From Rhodothermales bacterium (lineage in GTDB: Bacteria; Bacteroidota; Rhodothermia; Rhodothermales; JANQRZ01), in assembly GCA_028284265.1 (NCBI GenBank), contig JANQRZ010000018.1, forward strand, positions 237,385 to 301,384: DNA of 64,000 bases, read 5' to 3'. The translations under genes were made by a program, and so were the position numbers. This document shows positions 8,642 through 16,384 of the stretch, in pieces (position 1 is the first letter of the stretch; every line of letters begins with the position of its first letter). The notes under the pieces were generated by a model that was not told where the DNA came from, did not search any database, and saw only the letters and a list, made by a program, of their open reading frames with translations.

Positions 8642-11086
8642 TCACAGCAAACCTACCGGGTCCACGTCTACGTTGATCCGCACGCCGTTCGGCGGCTTTC
8701 CGAATTGATCGTTGGTGGCGCGGACGAGGCGGGAGAGCGCGTACGGCTGTCCCGGCTCAGTGGACTTGACGATGGTGTGGAAGCGAAACTGCTTTTTGAC
8801 CCGTCCGATGAACGCGGGGTTCGGGCCAAGCACCTCGACCGCTCCACCCTGCTGCCGTAGCAGCCGCGTCCACCGCTCGGCGGTCTGCTGCACGGTGCGT
8901 TCGCTCGGCCCTTTGAACTCGACGCCAACGAGCTTGCCGTAGGGCGGATAGCCAAACGCCCGCCGGTCGGGTAGCTCCGTGCGGATGAATCCGGCGAAGT
9001 CGTGCCGTGCGGCGTGCTGGAGCGCGGGGTTGTCCGGGCTTCGGGTCTGGAGGATGACCTCGCCGCGCAGCGCCCCACGCCCGGCCCGACCGGCAACCTG
9101 CATCAGAAGCTGGAACGTCCGCTCCGCTGCCCGGAAATCCGGCAGCAGCAACCCCGTGTCGGCATCGACCACGCCGACGAGGGTGACGCGGGCGAAGTCG
9201 AGGCCCTTCGCCACCATTTGCGTCCCGATCAGAATGTCAGCCTCGCTTCGCCCGAATGCATCGAGGATTTTTTGATGCGCGTTCTTCCGGCCCGTCGTGT
9301 CGAGGTCCATCCGCAGGACGCGGGCGTCTGGGAAGACCTCGGCCAGTTCTTCCTCGACGCGCTGCGTCCCCGCGCCGAGACGAGCTAGGTCGGACGATCC
9401 ACACTGTGGACAGCGCGTGGGTAACGGCTCGACGAGGCCACAGTAGTGGCAGCGTAGATGGCGGTGGCTCTTGTGGTAGGTGAGCGTCACGGCACAGTCG
9501 CGGCACTCGGGCGTCCACCCACAGTCGTCGCAGGTGACGATGGGCGAGTAACCGCGCCGGTTCTGGAGGAGGATGATTCCCTCGCCTTTTTCGAGCCGGT
9601 CGCGGATCGCCTCGCGAAGCGGATGCGAGAGTGCCCCTTTGAGCCGCCGGACCTTCTTCTCCCACGTCAGGTCTACGATCTCGACCGGCGGTAGCTCCGC
9701 TGCCTTTCGGCCCGGCACGGGGACACGATCGGGCATGGTGAGTAGCTCGTACTTCCCAGCCTTCGCGTTAAGGGTGCTCTCCAAACTCGGCGTGGCGCTG
9801 CCGAGGACACAGACGGCTCGTTCGAGGTGGGCACGCATCACGGCCACGTCGCGTGCATGGTAGCGCGGGGCCGGATCGAACTGCTTGTAGCTCCCCTCGT
9901 GCTCCTCGTCCACCACGATCAGCCCGACATTTCGTAGCGGCGCGAAGATCGCCGAGCGTGGGCCGATGGCGACGTCGAACCGCCCGTTGTTCAGGTGCCG
10001 CCACGCATCGTAGCGCTCGCCCGCGCTCATGCGGCTGTGGAGCACGGCCACGCGGTCGCCGAAGTGGGCACGGAAGCGGCGGACGGTCTGTGGGGTCAGC
10101 GCAATCTCGGGGACGAGCACGATCCCGGTGCGCCCGGCCTCCAAAGTGTGCCGAAGGGCACGGATGTAGACCTCCGTCTTGCCGCTGCCCGTAACGCCGT
10201 GGAGCAGAAAGGTCTTTGTCTCGCCCGCGCCGAGCGCCGCGCCGATTTGGAAGAGCGCCTCGACCTGTCCAGCGTTGAGTTCGTGGACGGGGGGCGGTTC
10301 CGGTTCTGGCTCCGTGTCGAACGGCGTACGAACGATCTCTTTTTCGATGCGCTCGACGAACCCTTTCTCGACGAGACTTTTCACCGTCGTGCTCGACGCC
10401 CCCGTCTCGGCGAGCACGTCGGCCTGCCGAGACTCAACCTCGCCGTCAGCCTGTAATCGGGCGAGTGTTTCGATGATGGCCGTCTGCTTCGCCCCGCGCA
10501 GCGAGTCCGCTGCCTCCGGCCCGACGCCGTCCGCGAGACTGAGATGCCACTCGGTCTTGACGGTAACGCTTGCAGAAGTTAGCTCCTTCTCGACCCGAAT
10601 CAACTCATCCCGTTCGAGCCGCCGGAGCAGGCTCGCCGTGACCCCATCGATGCTTTGCTGTACGGTGCCGATGGGTTGGGGGCCGTCCGCTTCCAACAGC
10701 GCCAGCACCTGACCGCCGACGCCGTTCAGTCCAAGCGACGGGCGCTCGGTCCGGTGGACAACGCGATGGCTCTCGACGGTCGTGCCGGACGGCAGCGCAG
10801 CCTTGAGCACGTCGCCCCACGCGCAGACGTAGTAGTCGGCGATCCACTGCGTCAGCCGGAGCAGCACCGGCGAGAACGACGGTACGTCGTCCAGCACATC
10901 GAGGATCGGCTTGAGCCGCGGTCCCGCCTCGTCCGTTCGCTCGACCACGACACCCGTCAGTGTGCGCGCTCCGAACGGGATCACAACGCGCGCACCGGGC
11001 AGCGCCTCGGCCTCCAACTCTGCCGGGACGAGGTACGTGTAGACCTTGTCGACGGGCGTAAGCGGAACGACGCGGGCGGTGGGCAT
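8642..11086 (-). CDS. priA: Primosomal protein N' (replication restart helicase PriA)
   Basis: Walker A LLHGVTGSGKTEVY, DEEH box, Cys-rich zinc fingers (CDDCGWTPECRDCAV...CHYCG...CPQCGS). Start moved to MPTARVVPL at 11086 to avoid overlap with rtcA. Confidence 0.9.
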   Translation of the reverse strand: MPTARVVPLTPVDKVYTYLVPAELEAEALPGARVVIPFGARTLTGVVVERTDEAGPRLKPILDVLDDVPSFSPVLLRLTQWIADYYVCAWGDVLKAALPSGTTVESHRVVHRTERPSLGLNGVGGQVLALLEADGPQPIGTVQQSIDGVTASLLRRLERDELIRVEKELTSASVTVKTEWHLSLADGVGPEAADSLRGAKQTAIIETLARLQADGEVESRQADVLAETGASSTTVKSLVEKGFVERIEKEIVRTPFDTEPEPEPPPVHELNAGQVEALFQIGAALGAGETKTFLLHGVTGSGKTEVYIRALRHTLEAGRTGIVLVPEIALTPQTVRRFRAHFGDRVAVLHSRMSAGERYDAWRHLNNGRFDVAIGPRSAIFAPLRNVGLIVVDEEHEGSYKQFDPAPRYHARDVAVMRAHLERAVCVLGSATPSLESTLNAKAGKYELLTMPDRVPVPGRKAAELPPVEIVDLTWEKKVRRLKGALSHPLREAIRDRLEKGEGIILLQNRRGYSPIVTCDDCGWTPECRDCAVTLTYHKSHRHLRCHYCGLVEPLPTRCPQCGSSDLARLGAGTQRVEEELAEVFPDARVLRMDLDTTGRKNAHQKILDAFGRSEADILIGTQMVAKGLDFARVTLVGVVDADTGLLLPDFRAAERTFQLLMQVAGRAGRGALRGEVILQTRSPDNPALQHAARHDFAGFIRTELPDRRAFGYPPYGKLVGVEFKGPSERTVQQTAERWTRLLRQQGGAVEVLGPNPAFIGRVKKQFRFHTIVKSTEPGQPYALSRLVRATNDQFGKPPNGVRINVDVDPVGLL

Positions 11087-11144
11087 AGGGCAGGCTTCGG
11101 TGGGTGGGGAAACTACGACGGCCCCGAGCCAAACCCGATCCCGT

Positions 11145-12179
11145 TTATGCCGCTTCGTCTTGGACCCCAGCGCCGTATACCTGCACGGTTCCATCCTCCT
11201 GCTCCTCGATGTGGAGCGCGTCGGGCATGAACCGGCGGATTACGTCGATGTTGGTCCGGGCGTGTCGGGAAAGCGGCAGCGTGCGGAACGTCCCGCCGCC
11301 CGCGAGCGCGAATGGTAGCATCAACTGGTCGGCGAGGTAACGCCCAACGGGGACGCCCGCCGCGAGGTAGGTCCGTGCCTCCTCTACGGCGCTGCGCGCC
11401 ACCGCCTCGGCCCGCACACCGACACGACCGAAGCTCGCAAACACCTCGGTCACCGCTTCGCTCTCGATCTCGATGAGGAGCACGTTGCCGGGGCACGCCG
11501 CCCTGACCTCCTCGACCCGAAAACACTCCTCACCCCAGTTCATCTTTTTTGCTACGGCGTTGAGTTCGCGCTTGGCGATTCGCTTCGACAGGTTGGCGAC
11601 GATGGCGCGGGCACACCGCGCCTGAACCTCACCGCGCTCGGCGAGGTCGATGGGCGACAGCCGCTCGGCAGGCTCGATGTGGATGCGGAAGCAGCCACCC
11701 CCGGCGGGGAAGAACCCGTACTGATCCAACTCCGCCGAGACACGCGGCCCCATCCGCTCGACGAGTGGAAGGAAGCACTTCTGGAGGAAGTCAAACGGCG
11801 GTGCCCACGGGTTGTGCGTCCCGCCTTCGAGCGTCAGTTCCGACGGCTCCGGGGCCGTCAGGAGCGCAGGCAACACAGTCTGCAGCACGAGCGTCGCACT
11901 CCCCGCGGTGCCGACCGCGAAGTGATACACGCCGGGCCGAACCACACGCGGCCTGAACGTCACCGTCTGCGACCCGATGGCGTCGCCCTCGACCTTCGCC
12001 CCGCCGATCTCAGCGGCGGCACGAACGGCGGTGAGGTGCTGGCGCATCAGCCCCGGCTTATCGCGTCCGGCGCGGATGTTTTCGATACGAAAAGGCTGGC
12101 CCGTGACGAGGGAGAGCGCGAGCGACGTGCGGAGCACCTGCCCGCCGCCCTCCCCGTGGGAGCCGTCGATGTGGATCAT
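11145..12179 (-). CDS. rtcA: RNA 3'-terminal phosphate cyclase
   Basis: MIHIDGSHGEGGGQVLRTSLALSLVTGQPFRIENIRAGRDKPGLMRQHLTAV is the canonical RtcA N-terminus, including the catalytic His region. Confidence 0.9.
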   Translation of the reverse strand: MIHIDGSHGEGGGQVLRTSLALSLVTGQPFRIENIRAGRDKPGLMRQHLTAVRAAAEIGGAKVEGDAIGSQTVTFRPRVVRPGVYHFAVGTAGSATLVLQTVLPALLTAPEPSELTLEGGTHNPWAPPFDFLQKCFLPLVERMGPRVSAELDQYGFFPAGGGCFRIHIEPAERLSPIDLAERGEVQARCARAIVANLSKRIAKRELNAVAKKMNWGEECFRVEEVRAACPGNVLLIEIESEAVTEVFASFGRVGVRAEAVARSAVEEARTYLAAGVPVGRYLADQLMLPFALAGGGTFRTLPLSRHARTNIDVIRRFMPDALHIEEQEDGTVQVYGAGVQDEAA

Positions 12180-12274
12180 GGGATTGGATAAAAAAGCGGG
12201 GACGCACCGCCGTGCGCCCCCGGTGGTTCATGGTCTGAAAGTAATCGTCACGGAGGGTCCCGTCGTAGCGACCG

Positions 12275-12487
12275 CTACCGAGGCAGCACCGCTTGAAACC
12301 GGCGACCGGAGCCGCACGGGCAGAGGTCGTTGCGCCCGAGCTTCTCGGTCAGCACCTTCCCGTCGCCGACGGTGCGGACGCCGCGCTTGACGCGGGCCTC
12401 GCTCGGGAAGCCGCGACGTCGCTTGCTCATCGGCTCAAAAGGACGCTTCGTTGTCGAATCGTTCGGGATCGTTGCGCATGATGGCAT
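12275..12487 (-). CDS. Small basic protein with a disrupted C-terminal SEC-C zinc motif (possibly frameshifted)
   Basis: Ends ...[21 protein letters not shown]. The second half of the SEC-C motif (GFKRCC) is encoded in the +1 frame of the same nucleotides. An alternative start is MSKRRRG at 12430. Confidence 0.45.
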   Translation of the reverse strand: MPSCATIPNDSTTKRPFEPMSKRRRGFPSEARVKRGVRTVGDGKVLTEKLGRNDLCPCGSGRRFQAVLPR

Positions 12488-12521
12488 CCTCCGTGTTTGT
12501 GCGGGAGCAGCCCGCGAGGCC

Positions 12522-14021
12522 CTAGGCGGCCCCGCGGTACTGCTTCTCCGCGTCTTTGATGACGAACCGGGCGTCGAGCGATGCGACGGAGCGCGCCAGC
12601 CCGGCCTTTTCGACCGAGGCGATTACCTCGTCGAAGTCCTTGTAGGCGTCGGGCGACTCGTCGAGCGGGTAGCGACGGCAGTTGCTCAGCACGTCTTCGC
12701 GCTCGAACGCGGCATCGACCTCGGCCTGGTCCAGCGTGCGCTTGGCGGCGCGACGGCCCATCGTGCGGCCCGCGCCGTGGTTGACGCTGTAAAGGCTCTG
12801 CGACGCCCCCGGCTCCGCCACCATCACCGCCGAGCCCGAGAGCGGGTCGCCGGGCAGGAGGATCGGGTGGCCGGTGTCGGCGAACGGCGTACCGTCGAGG
12901 CTAGGGTGGCCTGCCGGGAACGCACGCGTCGCACCCTTGCGATGCACCCACGCTTGCTCGCCGTCGAGGTCTTCGAGCCGGGCGATATTGTGGCTGATGA
13001 AGTACACGAGATCGCCCTGCACGCCGGGAAGCACCTCTTGGAAGGCCTCCAGCACAAGCGCGTTGATGAGTAGGTGGTTGACCGTCGCGAAGTTTGCGCC
13101 AAGCGACATGTCGTCAATGTAGGCGTCCGCGAGCGACGTGCCGAGCGGGGCGTAGACGAGTTGCTTGTCGCCCGCCGGGTAGGCCCAGCCTTCGCGCTCG
13201 AAGTGCTGCTCCATCGCACGGAACTGGTTCTGCGCGAGCTGATACCCGAACCCGCGCGATCCGCAGTGGCTCAGGAACGCGACATGCCCATCGCGCAGCC
13301 CGAAGTGCTCCGCGAGATCGGCCTCACCATCGGCGACGTGGACCACCTCGCACTCGCCGAAGTGGTTGCCGCCGCCGTAGGAGCCAAGCTGCCGGACCTT
13401 CGACTCGAACGCCTGAAATCCGCCATGCGATCGCAGCAAAGCGAGCCGGTCGCCGAGCGTATCCCGCGTCCCGTCGTGGCCGACGTGGAAGGCATCTTCG
13501 CAGCGCGTGGCCCAGTGCGCAGGAATCCCGAGCGCTTCGAGGACGTCTTGCGACGCACCCTCCGTCACAGCCTGCGCGCCGAGCGTGGCATCGACCGAGC
13601 GGCCCTTCGCTACCGAGCGCTGGCCCTTGCCGGGACCGGTGGGCGTGCGCTCCAGGATCGCTTCGATCAGGGCGCGACGCGTACGGCGATCTTCAATAGC
13701 ATCCGCCGGAAGGTCGAGTTGGAGCAGGCTCATCGAGCACTTGATGTCCACCCCGACCGGGCCGGGATAGATGTGCGTCGGCGACGAGAGCGCGCAGCCG
13801 ACCGGCGCACCGTAGCCGAGGTGCGCGTCGGGGTTGAGCACGAGGTCGGTGACGCCGGGTGCGGAACGGGTGTTCTGCGCCTGCGTCAGGCACACATCGC
13901 CAAACGTCTGGCGGATGGCCTCGGTGCCGATGACGGTGATCGGCGTGCCCTCGCCGCTGTGCGTGGGCAGCGTGGCAGTGGCTTCGCCGGTGGGCGTGAT
14001 GCGGGATTCGATGGAGGTCAT
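12522..14021 (-). CDS. rtcB: RNA-splicing ligase RtcB (3'-phosphate/5'-hydroxyl RNA ligase)
   Basis: [23 protein letters not shown] and [11 protein letters not shown] motifs. At 499 aa it is the long form. Confidence 0.95.
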   Translation of the reverse strand: MTSIESRITPTGEATATLPTHSGEGTPITVIGTEAIRQTFGDVCLTQAQNTRSAPGVTDLVLNPDAHLGYGAPVGCALSSPTHIYPGPVGVDIKCSMSLLQLDLPADAIEDRRTRRALIEAILERTPTGPGKGQRSVAKGRSVDATLGAQAVTEGASQDVLEALGIPAHWATRCEDAFHVGHDGTRDTLGDRLALLRSHGGFQAFESKVRQLGSYGGGNHFGECEVVHVADGEADLAEHFGLRDGHVAFLSHCGSRGFGYQLAQNQFRAMEQHFEREGWAYPAGDKQLVYAPLGTSLADAYIDDMSLGANFATVNHLLINALVLEAFQEVLPGVQGDLVYFISHNIARLEDLDGEQAWVHRKGATRAFPAGHPSLDGTPFADTGHPILLPGDPLSGSAVMVAEPGASQSLYSVNHGAGRTMGRRAAKRTLDQAEVDAAFEREDVLSNCRRYPLDESPDAYKDFDEVIASVEKAGLARSVASLDARFVIKDAEKQYRGAA

Positions 14022-14052
14022 GGGAGGAAAGGTATGGAGAGAAAAAACAAGC

Positions 14053-14220
14053 GGAGGACGCCCAGTCCGGGCGGGGCGACGAGGTGGTGACGAAACGTCA
14101 CTGCTCTACCACTGAGCTACAGATGCCAAAGCATCTGGCCGGAGTCGAACCGGCGACCTGTGGGTTATGGACCATGTAGTTCCGTCGGCATTCGCCCCGC
14201 CCGGAGCGGGCGCGGCCTCC
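14053..14220 (-). ncRNA. yrlA: Y RNA module M5: YrlA-like RNA with a permuted tRNA-like domain and a 3' U tract
   Basis: Outer stem CCGGGCGGGGCGA (14204-14192) pairs with UCGCCCCGCCCGG (14079-14067); inner helix GACGGAAC:GUUUCGUC. Inside are a T arm GCCGG-UUCGACU-CCGGC (14154-14138), a closed 7-bp acceptor mimic CAGAUGC-UUUG-GCAUCUG (14137-14120) and a D arm GCUC-AGUGGUA-GAGC (14117-14103). A distal extension GGAGG..CCUCC is followed by UUGUUUUUU (14050-14042). Confidence 0.75.
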
Positions 14221-14228
14221 ACAACAGA

Positions 14229-14313
14229 GGAGCGACAAGAGGGTGGCGAGACTCACGGCACAGACAGCGAGCTGCCTGCCACCGTCCGATGTAGTCCCAC
14301 CGGCATTCGCTCC
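14229..14313 (-). ncRNA. Y RNA-like module M4 (simple bulged apical hairpin)
   Basis: Outer GGAGCGA:UCGCUCC, loop AUGCC/ACCCUCUUG, inner GGUGGGAC:GUCUCGCC, then UACAUCGG. The apical part is a GGCAG-CUCG-CUGUC hairpin. Confidence 0.6.
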
Positions 14314-14327
14314 GATCAAAGAACAGA

Positions 14328-14429
14328 GGCAACGACAAGGGGTGGCACCACATCCCGCCGAGGCGGGCCGGGACTCGAACCCGAAGCCTTTCGGCTTTTA
14401 CCGATGTAGTGGTACCGGCATTCGTCACC
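14328..14429 (-). ncRNA. Y RNA-like module M3 (partial tRNA mimic: T arm only)
   Basis: Outer GGUGACGA:UCGUUGCC, loop AUGCC/ACCCCUUG, inner GGUACCAC:GUGGUGCC. The apical part holds an AGCC-GAAA-GGCU hairpin, a T-arm-like UCGGG-UUCGAGU-CCCGG (14384-14368) and a CCCGC-CUCG-GCGGG hairpin. Confidence 0.6.
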
Positions 14430-14435
14430 AGGAGT

Positions 14436-14519
14436 AGCAGCGGCAAGGGGTGGCAGGACATTCCCGGCCATAGGGGCCGGTTGCTTTTGAGGCATGTAGT
14501 CCTACCGGCATCCGCTGCC
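14436..14519 (-). ncRNA. Y RNA-like module M2 (short form with CUCAAAA loop)
   Basis: Outer GCAGCGG:CCGCUGC, loop AUGCC/ACCCCUUG, inner GGUAGGAC:GUCCUGCC. The apical part has the CUCAAAAGC element and a CCGGCC-CCUAU-GGCCGG hairpin. Confidence 0.6.
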
Positions 14520-14535
14520 GTATTCATTTCCCCGA

Positions 14536-14624
14536 GGGTGCGGCGGGCAACGAGTACCGAGACCTGTGCCCGAATGGGCAATCGTTTTGAGCGATGTAGT
14601 CCCGGCGGCATCCCGCCGCACCCC
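14536..14624 (-). ncRNA. Y RNA-like module M1 (short form with CUCAAAA loop)
   Basis: Outer GUGCGGCGGG:CCCGCCGCAC, loop AUGCC/ACUCGUUG, inner GCCGGGAC:GUCUCGGU (2 GU pairs). The apical part has an AUCG-CUCAAAA-CGAU hairpin and a UGCCC-AUUC-GGGCA hairpin. Confidence 0.55.
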
Positions 14625-14683
14625 AACAGGGGTCCGACTCAGCGAGTCGGTTTAGAGGTGAAAGGTTTCAGTTTCAGGTTGGC

Positions 14684-16255
14684 TTACAGTTCGACGCGCT
14701 CGATCTCACCGACCCAGTGGTTGGAGTCGAGACCGTGCTCGGCGAACCGGGCGATCACGTCGAAGACGCGGTCGGAGAAGCCGCCGACGTTGAGGATGTC
14801 CTCGCCGTCGGTGACCTGGCTCGTCCGGTACGGCTGGACGTCGAGGCAGACGAGGCGTGCGCGCGGGTTGCGCTGCTTGAGCGCGTTCCACTCGCGGAGC
14901 ATCGCCGTACCCCCGCCGCCCCACTGCGCGTCCACCCACGACTGGTTGTCGGAGACGAACAGCACGAGGTCGGCCTGGGCACGCTGCTTGTTCAGCCGGG
15001 CCAGCGGCGCGCTACAGTTCGTCCCGCCGCCGCCCACCGACGCGAGCCGGGTGGCGTTGGTCATGACGCTGTCGCGCGGGTTGAGCCGGACGCTGACGAC
15101 GCGGTTCTCGAACGGCAGCACCGTCGCCGACGGATTCGTCCGCAGCACCGCCGCCGTCACAAGCGAGGCAACATCGACGCACCGGACGGCGGAGGTCGCG
15201 CCGCGCCGGTACCCGGTCACGGGGCTGTGCATCGACCCCGACACGTCCGGGCAGACGACGACACGACCCTCGATTTCGGGCACGTTCTCGACGGCGATCT
15301 CCATCGCGTCCTGCAACGCAGCGCGAACTGGCTCCGGTACTCCGCTCGACGCCTGTGTGAAGGCGACCAGCAACTGGTACGGGAAGACCCGTGCCCGCTG
15401 CATGGCCTGCCGGTCGCGCAGCCGCTCGGCGATGAGGTCCGTCAAACCCTCCACATCGAACACGCCGTGGCGTGCGAACGTGTTGAGGTTCATCCGGGTC
15501 GTCTGCCACGTCGCACGGCGTGCAATCGCAGCCCACGCCTCACGGTCGAGGTCGAGCGCAGTTAGCATCTGGAACGGCACGTCCGGCACGGGAACCGACG
15601 GGTCGCGCTTGAACCGCTCGAAGTCACGGACGACCTCAGGCAGGAGCGCGGCGTCGTGCTCGCGGCCAAGCAGGTAGCCGTAGAAGGCGGCCCGCTCCGG
15701 CGTCGCCGGGGTCGGGTGGACCATCTTGACGATGTCCGCCAGCGACGGCGACTGCCCCACCGAGGCGTAGAACAACTGCGTCTCGGTGCGTGCGGCGAGC
15801 CAGCTACGGACCATCCGCTTCGGTGCCGACCCGAGCGACTTCCGCCCGACGGCTCCCGACCGCATGATCTGCACGAACGTCCGCAGCATCCGGCTGTTGT
15901 CGATCACACGCGGGAAGATCCGCTCCAAGAGCCGGATGTCCGCCTGCGGCCGACCGGTATCGGCGAGCGCAGCGCAGAGCAACGCGGGCATGTCCTTCAT
16001 GAAGGCGTGCTCGCGGGCGTAGACCGCTGTGCGAGCGACGAAGTCTCCATCGAGGTTGGCCGCCAGCTTCAGCACCGTGTCGAGTTGACTCTCTGCCGAT
16101 GCGTAGAACGTGGCGTTGAGGCAACCGGTCGCAGCGAACTGAGCGAGCGCGTGCTTCGGCGTGAAGGCATAGGCGGGTGCCCCCTCACGGTTAACCGCAT
16201 CGGTGGCCGGCGCACGCCGACCGCGAAGCGTGTTGAAGAGTGCGAGGTTGACCAT
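14684..16255 (-). CDS. rsr: Ro60 ortholog Rsr (TROVE domain + vWA domain)
   Basis: N-terminus LFNTLRGRRAPATDAVNREGAPAYAFTPKHALAQFAATGCLNATFYA (TROVE). C-terminal vWA domain with MIDAS motif VVCPDVSGSM. Genomic context with rtcB, rtcA and rtcR. Confidence 0.9.
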   Translation of the reverse strand: MVNLALFNTLRGRRAPATDAVNREGAPAYAFTPKHALAQFAATGCLNATFYASAESQLDTVLKLAANLDGDFVARTAVYAREHAFMKDMPALLCAALADTGRPQADIRLLERIFPRVIDNSRMLRTFVQIMRSGAVGRKSLGSAPKRMVRSWLAARTETQLFYASVGQSPSLADIVKMVHPTPATPERAAFYGYLLGREHDAALLPEVVRDFERFKRDPSVPVPDVPFQMLTALDLDREAWAAIARRATWQTTRMNLNTFARHGVFDVEGLTDLIAERLRDRQAMQRARVFPYQLLVAFTQASSGVPEPVRAALQDAMEIAVENVPEIEGRVVVCPDVSGSMHSPVTGYRRGATSAVRCVDVASLVTAAVLRTNPSATVLPFENRVVSVRLNPRDSVMTNATRLASVGGGGTNCSAPLARLNKQRAQADLVLFVSDNQSWVDAQWGGGGTAMLREWNALKQRNPRARLVCLDVQPYRTSQVTDGEDILNVGGFSDRVFDVIARFAEHGLDSNHWVGEIERVEL

Positions 16256-16297
16256 GGCGGTAGAGGTCTGGTGAGCGAAACGTGAGCGCTCTCCTTA

Positions 16298-16314
16298 TGC
16301 CAAGCGCCGTGCCA
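16298..16314 (-). promoter_or_regulatory. Sigma54 (-24/-12) promoter for rsr-Y RNA-rtcBA
   Basis: Minus strand reads TGGCACGGCGCTTGGCA against the consensus TGGCAC-N5-TTGCA (one extra G in the -12 element). It sits about 43 nt upstream of the rsr ATG and is divergent from the sigma54 activator gene rtcR. Confidence 0.55.
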
Positions 16315-16331
16315 ACTCGCTACCTCGGACT

Positions 16332-16384
16332 CGAATCGACCTAAAATCGCCCGAATCGACGATTCTACATTTCCCAAACTCGAC
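16332..16384. promoter_or_regulatory. Candidate RtcR upstream activating sites (direct repeats)
   Basis: CGAATCGAC occurs at 16332-16340 and 16352-16360 (20-nt register), with a degenerate third copy AACTCGAC at 16377-16384. The repeats lie between the sigma54 promoter and rtcR. Confidence 0.3.

Noticed and set aside
14090-14160. Apparent tRNA gene (strong T arm GGTTCGACTCC and D arm GCTCAGTGGTAGAGC on the minus strand)
   Set aside because: The order is T arm -> closed acceptor-length hairpin -> D arm. There is no anticodon arm and no free 5'/3' acceptor ends. This fits a permuted tRNA mimic inside a Y RNA rather than a tRNA.
14053-14624. Possible CRISPR array (motif ATGTAGT..CGGCAT recurring about every 90-115 nt)
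   Set aside because: The repeats are only about 20 nt of partial identity. The 'spacers' contain their own conserved blocks and pair with the repeats with compensatory changes. There are no cas genes, and the locus lies inside an rsr-rtcB operon.
14098-14626. Minus-strand ORFs of 73 aa and 153 aa (and the plus-strand ORF 14409-15677) across the rsr-rtcB spacer
   Set aside because: They run through helices that covary at the RNA level, and their translations have no recognisable domains. The plus-strand ORF is antisense to rsr.
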